A stretch of 63,076 nucleotides of DNA, counting the filler, from Dugesia japonica (lineage: Eukaryota): the NCBI GenBank assembly GCA_001938525.1. It is 6 parts of 6 records of this genome, joined end to end, with 100 filler letters (N's around TTAATTAATTAA, not from the genome) between each part and the next. Parts side by side here need not be neighbours in the genome. Positions count along the whole stretch, not along the records: positions 9,464 to 17,967 come from MQRL01620588.1; positions 18,068 to 26,884 come from MQRL01558518.1; 4 more parts are not named here. One strand, given 5' to 3'. Numbering within the stretch: position 1 is the first letter of the stretch; each line of letters starts with the position of its first letter. The notes under the pieces were generated by a model. That model ran no database searches and was not told where the DNA came from. It was given only the letters and a program-made list of their open reading frames with translations. Below are positions 12,986 to 26,984 of this stretch, one piece after another. Position numbers and translations under genes: made by a program.

Positions 12986-14399
12986 TAAAAATGCAATTGA
13001 AATGTTACAAATTTTTCGTATAGACTTGATTCTTCTTATGCACCAAGAAATATAAAAAATATTTTCAAAATGTGATAAAATATATTTATTTTAAAATATA
13101 ATTAATTCTGTAGGTATTTCTTATAGNAAACGAATTCATTCAACTTGTATATTTGCTTAGTTGAATGGTTATTGTTTAATAATCATCTAAAATGCGAAAT
13201 TATCCTCATAAAATATGTATGGCTTATGGAATAATTTATTAACATTCCCACTTGAGTAACAAATAAATACTTTTTAGTGTATTATATGAAGGAAACCTTT
13301 GATAATTGACAGAATAACTCAGCGAGTAAAATATTTTTGTACCATAAATTAATTAACTGAAATTACAAATCATTTGTTTACAAATTAAAAAGTTTTCGTT
13401 AAACGTAATTGATTAAAATAATTTGTTTATATTAAATTTCACAAATTACATTACAAAAGTTAATAAATAATTGAAAAATTTCAAAATTTATTGAAATTAA
13501 TCAAATTTATTTGTTGGTTCATATGTTGGAGTAAAATACATTTAATACTCAAAATTATAATGTAGACAGAGAGACAAGAATCCATTGACAAGACAGAGTG
13601 GATAAAAAATTGAGAAGTATAATAGTAAAAATGAAGATAAAAAGTACATGAACCCAAACTTACATTCTGAAATTCTATTCCTTGTTATTTGAAGTATTGG
13701 GTTGAGTAAAAAGTCTTTTTGTATTTTTTTATTGAATTAAATAAGCAAAATATTGAAAGTCTAATTCATTTAAAACATGAGAAATATATGTTTTAATATT
13801 CAATATATTAATATTAAATATATTAATATTCAAAGTATTGCGCTCATTGTACGAACCTTATTCTTTAAAAATTTATTCTTATGAGTTGCAATTATAGGAA
13901 AAATAAATCATTTAGAAACATAATTGAGACTGATTTAAATATATAACTTTTCATTATTGGTTTTATGAATTTTATGCAACACACTACAAATACTAAAAAG
14001 ATTCCGCAAGATTTATAATGATTTATAACTTCTTTAATTCTTTCAGAACAACTACTTATACTTGCTAAGCACTTATTTAAAATCAATTTCTTATTGGTTT
14101 CTAGTAACAACCACACTGCAATACACTGCAATACAATACGAATAGTGTTTGTTAGATTCCAGGTTGGTAACACTTGTTTAGATGTTTATACTAATTTCTT
14201 GATAATTTGTATAAATAAAAATTTGTTTAGTAAATTCTGTTAATTAATTCTGTTCTCAAAGAGTTAAATAATATGACGAAATTACAAATACAATTACGAA
14301 CACGGTAAGCAACAAAATTTAATAACAAATAAAACTTAATTAGGNNNNNNNNNNNNNNNTTTTTTAACCAACGAAATCAGTTTTCATCAATATTTTATA

Positions 14400-15250
14400 C
14401 TGTCATTCTTTTAAGACAAATGAAGTTATTTATCGATACTTAAGTAAAGCTGTTTCGTAAAACTAAATTATATTGTTGATAACAAATGAAGTTATGTTCA
14501 TGTAAATTAAATTTGTTTTGTCAGCGTTAAACGAAATTTATCCTTGCACAAACCAAATTGAAGTTGTTGATACCAGTCGATAATTGGATTCAAATAGATT
14601 GAATCAGTGACCGATTCCAAATCAAAGTCAGGTTCAAGAGAAAACAATGCAAAATAGTCAGATACTTTCAAATCAAAATTTTCTTTGAAATTCCACTAGT
14701 TTTCCAGAAAAAACAAATTCTATTCAGCGGATTTTAGAAATATAACTTTAAGAAAACATGTCAAACAAAGTTAATTTCGTATCAGTTTTTTATATCTCAG
14801 TTTTTTGATAATGAATGATAGACATTTAATGCCTAATATTAAATGCTTGGTACCAGAACACTTGATTTTGCAATGTCTATATATATGTTGTTCACTTGCA
14901 TATTGGTTGTATCTATTTTAAGGTAAAGAATTCTCGCAATACATTAATAATTATGTCGTAGGCTCAGTTGTTCGTTATCAATCAAGATGATCTATGTTCA
15001 TCATTTGAGAACAGCGAAAGAATGCAACTAAAACTTTGAAAAACGAAAGGATTCTCCAAAAAATTAATTAGAAATAAATTAAATTATTTAGAATTAGAAA
15101 ATAATTTTACAATTACAATCATTGCGAGAATAATTGTTGGACGTAACTATTGATCGTTTTTCAGATTTCATTAAAATAAAAGTGTCATCAAATTATTTTT
15201 GTTTTTGATAGTATTTCCAATTTTCGACTTTGTCTTCATAAGAAATTGAC
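14400..15250. mobile_element. Penelope-like remnant with pLTR (minus strand) carrying a degenerate hammerhead
   Basis: 15109-15250 is homologous to the 4536-4734 repeat. Minus strand 15213-15247 reads AATTT-CTTATGA-A-GAC-AAA-GTC-GAAA-ATTG-GAAAT, with a mutated core. Confidence 0.6.
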
Positions 15251-15401
15251 TTAACAATAATTTTGAAAATCAAGTTACTATAAATAGATGACAAATTTCA
15301 GAATTTTCAGAATAATCCCAGAAAATTTTGAAATAAAACAATCCTTTACCATTCATTATGAGAAATTATTAAATTAAAATCAAAATGAATATAAAATATT
15401 A

Positions 15402-16648
15402 TTAGGCTGTAAATAAATAAATGGCAATTTTTATTCTTCATCGGCAAATGAACAGATCTCAGCTTATACAAAATTTTATTAAACAAAACACCATCACTAT
15501 TTACACATTTCTCTCAACAGGTTACAAGTTTATTTATCTTAATAGAATAGAAATCCGGAGTTCTGTATTTAACTAATTTCGAGAAGGCATTATTGAAGAT
15601 TTTCCTGTTCAAAAAATTGTCTAAATGTTTGAAAAAATGTTAATAAGTGGGAAAGAAGTCTGATAAGTATGAATGTCAGACAGAATTTTATAGATGACTA
15701 ACTTAATTTTAATAGAGTAGATTGTGCAATGTGTAGCCCATTGTTGTCATGGAGAAGTAGAGGCTTCTTTCTATTGACAAGGGTCAAATAGCTTAGCTTC
15801 GATTTCTGATTCATTTCATTGATTCGATCTAAATACTCTTCTACCATAATTATTTCACCAATATTCAAGAAGCTGCAATGGATCAGACCATTAGAAGACC
15901 ACAAAATAGTCATTAAAACTTTCCGTTCGCACAGCTTTGGCTTAGTAAAATTTTTAGAAGCTTCATTTTGATCTAACCATTGTGCAGAATGTCATCAGTT
16001 AACTTAAAGTATTCTCTTCATGCTGCACGACACAATCCAATTACGTAATGGTTCGCATTTGTTTCACAAAATAAGTGCTAACGATACTTCAAAACGACAA
16101 AAATTCTTTGAATTTTTTTGATTCTTGAGGTATATATTTGTTGTGTATCCTTGATTTTCAAATGTCTCGCAAATGGTTTGAAAGTTTCATAACTTATTGC
16201 TTAGTTCAGAAGCATATTCCTGAACCGTTGTACACGAATTAATTTCAACTAATTTCTTAAATTGATCATTTTCAATTGCAGGGTTCTATCAATGGCCTTC
16301 TTCATCGTAAAGACTTTCATTCCAGTTTTAAATATCTGAAACTAAAATTCAGTGATACCCTCATTTGATGTTTCATTATCAAATATACGGTCGCTATTTC
16401 AAGAGGTTTGTGCAGATGTGTTACCTTTTTCCAACTCAGTAAAATTATTCTTATCTGATTATTGTTTATCTATTTTATAAATGCCAGGAAAACTTTCAAT
16501 AATTAACTTAAACTTTTATTATATTACTTCAATCAGAAAACGCGCCTCAAAATGATGAAATAATTTAGAATAATAAAACATGATTTTATTTAAAAAACCG
16601 TGATTAAAAACAATTCCAAAAATCGCAATTTAATTCTTTACAACATAA
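15402..16648 (-). mobile_element. Full-length but decayed mariner transposon
   Basis: Imperfect TIRs TTAGGCTGTAAATAAATAAATGGCAATTTTT / (rc) TTATGTTGTAAAGAATTAAATTGCGATTTTT with TA on both flanks, ~1.25 kb. Transposase remnants MTILWSSNGLIH, LLLHDN and a YSPDLAP-like motif; multiple stops. Confidence 0.88.
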
Positions 16649-16919
16649 TATTATACTTACAATAAAAATGAATTCAAATACTTTAATAAAATTCAATAAT
16701 TGCAAGTGACAAAATTAATTTACACAATAACTTTACTGGAAAATTTACGACTAATTAATTTCAAAAAATTACAAAATTAATTACATGAATCAATTACTAA
16801 AATATAACAATATATCTACTTCTTTATAATTAGTTCCGAAGACGTCAACGCTCATAAAGGGACGATGGTGGAAAGATTTGTCTCATTAAAATACATTTTC
16901 AAGTAGAAATCCAAATATT

Positions 16920-17792
16920 AACTGAATAAAAAGGAACAAGTCATTTTAAATTCTTTCGTGCGCCGATTGAGTCAACGTTATTTGTTCTGGCATCATCAAA
17001 ATAAACTGCTGTTTCACACATAATCAAGGTTTTTTGAATATTTAAATACACAATACGTGATTTTAAATATTTCATGTAATTAACAGCTCGTGCAATCAAT
17101 TCAGTGTTGGATAACGTGGTCAAATTGGTAGTGCGTCTAAGACTAAAACCATTTCTTTTCATTAATCCGTTAATCCAGTTTCCAGTGGCTTTTAACTTAA
17201 TATTTAATTATTTTCCTAAGGCAATTGCCCTCTCATGAATATATCCTCGAGTAACTTTCATCTTTCGTATTCTGAGATCTATGATATCATCATATAAAAC
17301 TTGCTCCATAGATCCCAGACTGGTTTTCTTCCCTGCACCGGCTGCTCTTTTCATTGATGAAGTTTGTTTGGTAAGTCTGTCTCTGTTCTTAAACCACTGA
17401 TGAAACATCGATTGGTAGTATATTTCTGCATTTTTTGCTTCAAAGTATTTCTTTGCGGCATAACATGTCTTGTCTAGCAACATAACCTCAATAACTTCTT
17501 TTTTGAAAGCAACTGTAAATGTTCGTTTAACCATTAAAAAATTTAAAATTTGTTATTTATTAATTTTCAGTAAAACAAGAAAGAAGAAATATCGTTTATT
17601 TAATTTCCTTATAAACGAAGCAGTATTAAATATGATTTGTGGCGGGAATAAAATTTTGAGTCATTTGAGTAGTGATATTATTTGAGTAATGATACTATTT
17701 AAATAGTATCACCAATCTGCTGCCACTTTTAGGGATATTATTTAGGCAGTGATATTATTTAGGTCAGTGATACTATTTGGCGAAATCCGTTA
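16920..17792 (-). mobile_element. pogo/Tigger-like DNA transposon, 5' part (HTH-psq/CENP-B HTH, start of DDE domain)
   Basis: ORFs MVKRTFTVAFKKEVI... and KATGNWINGLMKRNGFSLRRTT...IMCETAVYFD (cf. MDET). Subterminal repeats GTGATA(T/C)TATTT and terminus ...AAATCCGTTA. Confidence 0.85.
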
Positions 17793-18067
17793 ATAAAATA
17801 TAATTACATCTAATAATCAATATATCTCAATATAAAATTAATAATTCAAAATACAGACATAAAATTTTATATAAATCATTTCAAAAATACAATTAACTAT
17901 AATACTCTCAATTATTATAATAATGATAACTCTGATATAATACTAATAATAACTCTAATGCAATAATNNNNNNNNNNNNNNNNNNNNNNNNNNNNNNNNN
18001 NNNNNNNNNNNTTAATTAATTAANNNNNNNNNNNNNNNNNNNNNNNNNNNNNNNNNNNNNNNNNNNN

Positions 18068-19040
18068 CACCATACGGAAAAAAATATTAGAGAAGTAGAT
18101 ATTAAAGTTTAGGTCTCCAAGAGAAATTCGAATTAATTGTGAAAAAGCATTTGAGTCGAAATCAATGAAAGATTTTTCAGCTGAACATTGACTTTCCCTC
18201 AGGTTTTTGAGTCTATATCATCCTAACACAAATAGGCAAATCGACAGGCAGTTTAGAACTATGAGGGATATGATTAATACAACGCTTAAAGAAAGGAAAT
18301 CTTCAGATTGGGCAGATGTATTACCAGAGATAGAATTCACCTTAAATGCTACAAAACAAAAACTATTGGGAAATGCCCTGCTGAAATCGTATTTGGGGAG
18401 AGAATCAGCAGAGAAAAATGGTGTGAAAACAATACTCAAAGAGTGAACAAAGAACAAAAAGAAGAAATATTACCCAAAAGAAAATTCGAGATAAGTGATG
18501 AATTTTTGGTGATAGCTGATACAAGAAACAAGAACCCAGATCGTTTTGAAAGACCTTATAAAATCAAAAGAAAGGTTCATGACAGACGTTACATCCTGGA
18601 AAATAAGAACGGAAAAATTTGCGAAAGAAACGTAGAGAAGGTCAAATAATTTCTTAAAAAGGTGGATGTAAGTGTGTTAAAAAGCAAAGTTAAATTTTTG
18701 TGTGATTGGTGATCATATTTTTTAAATCTTTTGCTGAAAAAAAAAGATTTAAAGTTTTAATGAAGAATTTAAATGACAAAAATTCGTTTTAAATGTTAAA
18801 TTAAAAATTTTCAGAAATTTATTTTAATTTTAAATAAATAAGTAAAATTGTTTGAAATAAATGAAATTAATTTTAGTTAAATTAAGTTTAATTTAAAAAA
18901 TTCAAAAAATGATGATAATAATGTAAATTTTTAATAAATAAAATTTTCAAAATGAAAGAAATTGACATAAATAAATAAATAAAATGTTTGAAATAAATAA
19001 ATTACAGTTTTAGATTTTGAAAAATGATCACCAATGAAAA
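18068..19040 (+). mobile_element. Gypsy integrase C-terminus, PPT and 3' LTR
   Basis: YHPNTNRQIDRQFRTMR, WADVLPEIEFTLNAT. PPT AAAAAGGTGGA then TGTAAG at ~18667; the LTR start resembles the one at 55773 (minus). Confidence 0.88.
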
Positions 19041-19167
19041 NNNNNNNNNNNNNNNNNNNNNNNNNNNNNNNNNNNNNNNNNNNNNNNNNNNNNNNNNNNN
19101 NNNNNNNNNNNNNNNNNNNNNNNNNNNNNNNNNNNNNNNNNNNNNNNNNNNNNNNNNNNNNNNNNNN

Positions 19168-19231
<64 letters not shown>

Positions 19232-20224
19232 AAATTATTATCATTATTATTAATATAGTAACTATTATTTTTTTAACTATTAATTTCATTATTATATTTT
19301 ATTCACTTTTATTATTACCTTCTGACAAACTGAAATCTTGATGTTGTAAAATTACTGAAGTGATGCTTGCCCGTTTACATTTGCGATTGTGATCACTCTT
19401 GCCATATTTATTGTGTGGCATATCGGCATCATTGCAAAAATATTTGCTCTGAAATATTTTTGTATTTAAATATTTTATCATTATTATATTAAAAACTAAA
19501 ATCATCTTTAATGTACATTTTTCACTAATAAAACTGGAAAATTCATAAGACGTCATTATTATTACATAATGTTCTATTATTTCTTTACTTAATATAATTT
19601 TTAAGTTTCAATAGTATTTTTATAAAATACAATGTACAATAACGAAAAATGTAAATCAAAATATTTTAGGTATTTTTTCGTTCCCACATGATGATTAATT
19701 ATTTTATTCTTAAATTAAATCAGATAAATTTTAAATTAAATTATTGAAATCAATTAAACAAAAATTTATTTGTACAAAGGAAAACTATCGGAGTATAAAA
19801 GATGAAATAGGAATAATTTAGGAATCTATGAATTTTACCTTTGCTTGTGACTGATGAGCAATTAAACTTTAAAAATATTCGCTTGTCGTATACTTGCATG
19901 AGATTTTTTAAAATTTTTTAAAGGTTTTAAACTTTTGAGGACACAAATTTTCTCTTGTAAGATGAGCAATTAAAGGATGAACAATGTAATGTAATTAGTT
20001 CAGTTATATTTCCAGTAAAACAAAATATTAAAAACTAATCACATTGGGAAGCAAAATGGTAATGAAGCTATTCCATCTTCTAAAATTATTCTTTTATTAT
20101 CATATGAAGTTATTTTTTTTACTTTTTTCTATATTTGTAAAAAAATATCAAAACTTCATTGAATGACATGGTGATTTATTTATTATTCTTAAGAAATGGT
20201 TTAATTTACATACAAGTAATGTCT

Positions 20225-20835
20225 GTTACAGTAAACATGTAAATCCGAATCATAGACTCCTGAAAATCTTGAGTATAAACTGCAGCTTCTACGTGCAAAA
20301 AACAACATTTATGGGTTGCAGCTAATACGTTATGCAGCTTCATCAAATAAAAACAGTTTAACTCAAAAATAAACTTATTTATTTACCTTCTTTTTCTCAA
20401 CATCACACTCTTCAAGACCGTCATCGTTTTCATCATCAATAACTGTAAAATTTTCTAGCGATTTGATAAGTTCAGGAACGCCAGGATTGTTTTGATCAGA
20501 CTAATTCATATTCATTTCATTTTCTTCAATTTCGATATTATCGTCATTCTCACCGAAGTAAAACACGAAACCCATTCAGAATGGTCGAAATGTTAACTTC
20601 CCATAAGGATACAATCCAGTCAAAAATAGTGTCCCAGTCAGCGTTTTTCATATTTCCCGACTTTGTATGTTTAATATTTTCATTATCTTTGTTGATCCAG
20701 TTCTCCCAAATCTTATGCAATTTTGACTTAAAATATCGGTTAACATTAAGGTCTAAAGACTACACCTTTGGTGTTTATCGGGCTGGAATAATAGCAATTT
20801 TGGATTCTTTCTTAATTTTATCACACATTTTTATT
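20225..20835 (-). mobile_element. pogo-like transposase C-terminal remnant and 3' end
   Basis: Minus strand reads IAIIPAR*TPKV*SLDLNVNRYFKSKLHKIWENW (cf. IPGGCT..LQPLDV.VN..FK), followed by an acidic tail. Confidence 0.75.
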
Positions 20836-21492
20836 TTTTATTAAAATTTAAAAGCTTGACGTTAAATTAAAAAATTTATTTTTTATTGTTTAAAGCGTTG
20901 TGTCGTGAGCATTTATACATGATATTATTATTAATATTATTATTAAAATGTTTTTATTGGTGCGAATTTTCATACCTTTGGCGCAAATATTCACACCTAA
21001 TAATGCAAATAATAACTTTTTATTGACTTGTAAATTTTCAAAAATTATAATTTTTATTATTATTAAAATCTTTTTATAGATATGAATTTCATACCTTTGA
21101 TGTATTTTATAGGTTGAATTTTCAGACTTAACTGTAAACAATGATTTTTTATCAACATGTCAATTTTCAAAAATTATTTTTGTTTCATAAAATTATATTG
21201 TTGTTGAAAAGGTCTCAGTCGAACAATTTTAAATTGTAAAAAATGAATAATTTTATGTAAGCCTTTGCTTAATTACTAGTTGCAATAGATGCATACTCGT
21301 ATTTTGTGAGTTTCTATTATTTAATGTTTGCTAAAATTGATATGATTTGTAAATATTTATATTAATTGTGGCGATTAGTTGATATTTGCTAGAATTTATA
21401 TGATTCGATAAAATTGGTTTTTACAGTTATGATTGGTTTTTTTGACGACTTTTTTTTGAAAAAAAATTCACTTTTACAAACATTACTCTTAG

Positions 21493-21990
21493 TGCTTTTG
21501 CAAATTATTTGGAAAACCCTGTCCAAGGAGATTACAGACTTGAAAATGATACTAACCAAGAAGAAGAAAAAGAAAATATCATTGTAACCATCAATATTAA
21601 TGAAGAAAAAAGCGTCATTAAAGATGAAAATATGTAAGATTTACACCCTAATAAGGAAGACGATGGTGCTTGCTTTGAATATTTGAATAAAAAATATGAA
21701 CATTATTATGGCAAGAGTTTAATTTATCATTACTATATTTAATTGTCTTTTTAGATTTAGCTAAACAGATATTGAATGAAAGGTTTCCAGAATATTATAA
21801 TGACTGTGAACTGTTGACTACAATGGAATATTTCAATCTTATCTGGCAAACAACTAGAATTGATATGGATCTAATTATGAACGACTTCATTCAGGAACTG
21901 AGATTTAAGTTCCCGAAAAATATAAACTAGACTTATTATGAAATTTTAAAAGAAAATATTTTGAGTATGGCAGAAGCCTTTGAAAACTAG
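21493..21990 (+). pseudogene. Two-exon pseudogene fragment of unknown function
   Basis: Exon-like blocks 21493-21710 and 21755-21990 are joined in frame by a 44-nt GC-AG intron. They read AFANYLENPVQ...ENM*DLHP...YY/DLAKQILNERFPEYY...NIN*TYY...AFEN*, with two internal stops. Confidence 0.4.
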
Positions 21991-22204
21991 TGTCCTAAAA
22001 ATAAATACTTTTCTTGAAAATTGTTTTGTTTTATTTGCTATTATAAATTAATAAAGTTAATTTATTTTAAGATTTTATAAGTAGTAAAATAATAATTGTA
22101 TCTTATTGTAAATAGTTTTTAATTATGAATGCAAAAGGCATGCAATAGGAATGCAATACAGACGCAAATACCTAAGAAATTTAAAAAATGCCATATGTCT
22201 ACAT

Positions 22205-23120
22205 TTTGCATGTTTACTATGTAAATAATACAAAGTAATTATGCAAATAATATACTTATAAACCCTATAATACACGGTTACTTTGTATTAATACACACAA
22301 AATCCTTATAATTCATGATTGCTATGTAAATAATACAAGGTAACTATGTAAAGAACAGACTCATAAACCATATAATACACTGTTACAATGTAAATTATAC
22401 ACATAAAAATCATATATTAAATGGTTGTTATGTAAATATTACATGATACCTAAGCAAATAANACACTCGTAAATCTTATAATTCTAATTATACAAGGTTG
22501 TTATGTAAATAATACCCCCATAAGTTTATACTACACGGCAAATATGTAAATATTAAACACCTTATACAGGTTTACTATGTAAATAATACACTCATAAACC
22601 ATATATTTCATGGTTACTATGTAAATAATACAAAGTAGATATGCAAATAATACACTCATTAACCCTGTAGATATCAAAATAATTACTTATACGTTTTTTA
22701 ATAGACTTGCTATATATATTGAAAACCTTTGCTTTTTATCATTTTGTATAGACAAATTCCCAGCTTAAATGTTTTTATGAAAAATATTTTTTATAGAAAA
22801 ATGTTCTATGTTTTTATCATTTTGTATAGGAAATTGTCACCACAAATATGTTTTGTATAGAAAATTGCATCGCTAATCGGTTATGAGATTTATTATTAGA
22901 AATTGCATCACTAATAAACATTTTTATTAGAAATTGCATCACTAATGAGAACTTTTATTAAAAATTAAGTCGCTAATGAGATTTTTTATAGAAAACTGTC
23001 ACTAGTAATATGTTTTTTATAGAAACATTACATGACTAATATTTTTTTAAAGACCAAAACTACATGATTAATATGTTTTTTAAAGAAAGTTAACTAGCAA
23101 ATATGTTTTTAAGAAATAAA
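22205..23120. repeat. Two adjacent degenerate tandem arrays
   Basis: Motif GGTTACTATGTAAATAATACA recurs over 22205-22665. Motif TTTTATAGAAAATTGCATCACTAAT (~30-bp period) recurs over 22740-23120. Confidence 0.75.
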
Positions 23121-26100
23121 GTTCTGTTTTTATTATCTTGTAAACAAAACAATAATTATGTAAATATCGCAGAGACTCCCCTCTTTGATATGGGGTCCCC
23201 TCCGAATTGTTCCAGTGTGCCTCTATCTATCTTCTTTCATGTATTCAATTTATTTAATACTTATATCACACAAGACCATGACATCCATTAAATAAATACA
23301 CTCAATAAAATAATTGTTGAAATATTGTGACCCGTTAGATTATGATTTAATTTCATTTTGATAACTTATTAGTTCTGATTTAAGAAACATTACATAGAAG
23401 TGAGAATAAGTTTTCAGAAATTTTGAAGAAGTATATAAAAATGTTTAGAAATACATGGAAGAATAGAATATGTTCCATTCACATACTCTATTTATTTAAA
23501 TCAATCTCTCACACCGTAATATTAACATCANNNNNNNNNNNNNNNNNNNNNNNNNNNNNNNNNNNNNNNNNNNNNNNNNNNNNNNNNNNNNNNNNNNNNN
23601 NNNNNNNNNNNNNNNNNATGATCTATATTTAATTCAACTTAATACATTCATCATTTGCTTCATTAATCACACTATATTACTTGAACATACTCTCATATAA
23701 ATTATTATAGTCCTTCAATCTATTAATTTAATTCAATACACTTATATATAAAACCAATGAACTCAATTACTTAATACATATTTATCCAGATTATCTAATA
23801 AATACAATGCATTTTATAAACCAAATACATACATAAAAATCTAAACAACCAATCTACAATCACGACTACCATTCAATCTATAATAAAAGAAACTCTCAAT
23901 ACACACATAATCATTTACTCACTTAACCGTTCAATAAACTGTATTTACCTTAGTCATTATTTTTGTACATATAATAAACCAAATACAACAAAATACATGC
24001 AATGAATCAAACGAATATAATATCTATATTACATCTAGTTAACTTTTATACATTAAATGTTGCTTAAATACAATAAATATGTATAATTTACTTGATTAAT
24101 TCTCACTAAATACACTTCGTTACCCACTAAATCCATTCATAAATCATTGATCCAGCTAAATATTCTCACAAACACTCACTAAACATGCATATCAATCAAC
24201 TGTAACTACTGAATATTCTATCAAAAATAGCCGTTAAATCCGTGTAATGTATTTCATTTACCACCAATTGCTTTATTGAACCATCTTAATCTTTTTAATT
24301 TAATTCAATCCATCATTCATTTATCTACATATTCTTACAATGCACTCTATACCACAAATAAACCAGTCAGTTATTTTTAAAATTTAACTCAGATCAAATG
24401 TAAGTGACAACTAAATTTATAACAACTGCAAAATTTAACTTATAATAAAACTTACAACAGAAATAATTAAAAATTAATTAATATAATCCATTACATGGAA
24501 ATTATAATCAATTATTCTAAGATTCCATGCCAATAAACCTAATGTCTAGGTCAACACAGTAAATTTTAAATAAAACATATAAATTAAATTGAAATATTAA
24601 AACAAGGGAAAATTCCCAATATATAAATTGAAATAATTTTAAACAAAATTTAAAATAAAAATTTTGCGTGAAATGAAAGGTTTTTAAAAATGCAAAAATT
24701 TTGAAATAACAAAAAAATCGGTAATATATTTTTTATTGAAAAATTGACAGTCTTTTTAATTTTACTATAAAAAAACATATTTACATTGCGACTTTTCCAA
24801 ATCACTTACATTATTACACACAAATATGTGCTGCCACCTATTTACATTGAAAATATAGCAGATCACTTTTTACACACAAAAGGGGGAGGGGTTATCTAGG
24901 GCGCTACTATCATATTACTATTAAAAACATGAATTCCAACAAACTGTTATAAAAACTTATAAAAAACCATATAGGAAAATAATAAAACCCCTTTAATATT
25001 CATAACTTTGATGTAATTTACATGATTTGATCAAATTATTTAATAATCTGTAGAGTATTATTTACCTAAAGTTGTGTTTCTCTGAGGTTTCATGAGTTTT
25101 TTGTGAGGTTTTCTATACTTCTAAATACCCTGTAAGTCTCTAGGATTCCTTAAATAAGCTCCATAATATATAGAAAATAAATATAAATATCATTATAAAC
25201 AAACAATAAATATGTATTTATTTAAATAAAAATGAATTCTGAAGGAAGTATTCCATTTTTTACTGTATTGATTAAATCGCCAAACGTGTTGAGAATGAAA
25301 ATCCTGCAAGCGTTTCCCACCTTTGTTGTTGATGATTCGGAAGACATTATCAAAAGGTTTGTTAGTTGAGATATACCTAACAAACCAGGGCTCAAAAGGA
25401 TTCATTGAAATGTAATAAAAGGTCTATATTTTCTCTGGTAAATACAAAGAATAGAAAATTAATGAGAAAGATTTTGCATAAACAAGAAAGTGATTTTATA
25501 TCAGTACTTATACCAATTGTTTTAGCATTATTAGATGTTACTCATCTCGAACAAACTATGCCTTACAATAAAAACTAATTTTGATATAAATATTTATTAA
25601 TATATTAGGTGTAATGATCTGTGAGAATATTTAAACGTGTACCGGTGGTATTTAGGGCCCTAAATTATGATTGAATGAATAAATATAAGTCCTCTTTAGG
25701 ACCAAAAATAATGATTGATTGATTAAACAACTCAAAGTCTTATATTTTTAAAGGATTTATATTTAATTAATTTGTTTAAATGAATAAATTGAAAAAATAA
25801 CAAGAAAATATATATGCACCCCGAATTACTTGAAAACCATAATTACGATTGCTTATATTAATTACAAGAGGAAATTATCCAAAGAAAGTATTAGTAAAAT
25901 GAAATTTCCAATTGGAAACCCGACGGAAATAGATAAATACTAGGGTTGAAGAAACCTAAAAAAGGGATAATTTACAAAATAATATTAAAGGCAAGCGATT
26001 AGTGTTGCTAATGACTTGTAACTAATTTAAGTTATAGAGTTAATTTATATAAATTATCAAGAATGATCAAGTGTATATTTGAACCAAAATGGTATCCAGC

Positions 26101-26196
26101 TTAATAGGGTTTAATACGGTTTGGTTTTTATATGGATCATTTTTATATAGTTTAATATAATTATATGAGGGTTTTAAACCGCTTTATAGTCTCATA

Positions 26197-26575
26197 AGTA
26201 GTGAGACATGTCAGCATGACACCACCCCTCCTAGACAAAGAACATGACTCATTGACAAAAAGAACAAAGACAATGACTCATCGGGATGATTCATCGATTA
26301 CTAAGACAAAGACGATGACTCGAAGGTATGACTCATAACGATGAGTCATCGTTTTCCTATATCAGTATGAATCATCCTGTATGACTCATCGAGGGCTGAA
26401 ACAAAGAGCATGACTCATCGCGATAAGTCATCGATGACTAAAACGAAGACAATGAGTCATCGGATGAGTCATCCTTTTTCCTAGAACAAAGACCATGACT
26501 CATCGTTTTTCTAGATCAGTATGACACCACCCCCCTTTAGACAAAGAAAATTTCTAGATCAGTATGACTCATCGT
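26197..26575. repeat. Array of ATGA(C/G)TCAT palindromes (AP-1/TRE-type motif); possible terminal repeat of a DNA transposon
   Basis: Ten perfect ATGASTCAT copies (26244, 26273, 26328, 26341, 26381, 26410, 26452, 26464, 26495, 26564) plus variants. ATGACACCACCCC..TAGACAAAGAA is duplicated at 26216 and 26521. The array begins with AGTAGT at 26197. Confidence 0.8.
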
Positions 26576-26984
26576 TTTTTTTCAAATTTTCAAAAATTTT
26601 TTTTTTAAAATTGTTTGTTTTATTATTTTTTATTTATTTATTTTTTTTTCAAAGTAAACAAAAGAAACAAATCAAGTTATTAAACATCAATTAAAAACAA
26701 GACAACATCAATACGATAAAAATTACATCAACAACAAACAAAATTTATGGAAATCTTTCCTCAATAACGGTCCGCATTACCCAGTATGTACATGGATTGG
26801 TTTCACATATTGATATTATTTCAAATTTTCTTTCGAAAAGGTATAAAACCCTCTCGATATCAATCAACTCTTCTTTCAGAACATNNNNNNNNNNNNNNNN
26901 NNNNNNNNNNNNNNNNNNNNNNNNNNNNTTAATTAATTAANNNNNNNNNNNNNNNNNNNNNNNNNNNNNNNNNNNNNNNNNNNN

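Noticed and set aside
13695-13740. TATTGGGTTGAGTAAAAAGTC mariner-like TIR
   Set aside because: No partner TIR or transposase nearby; cannot be supported as an element.
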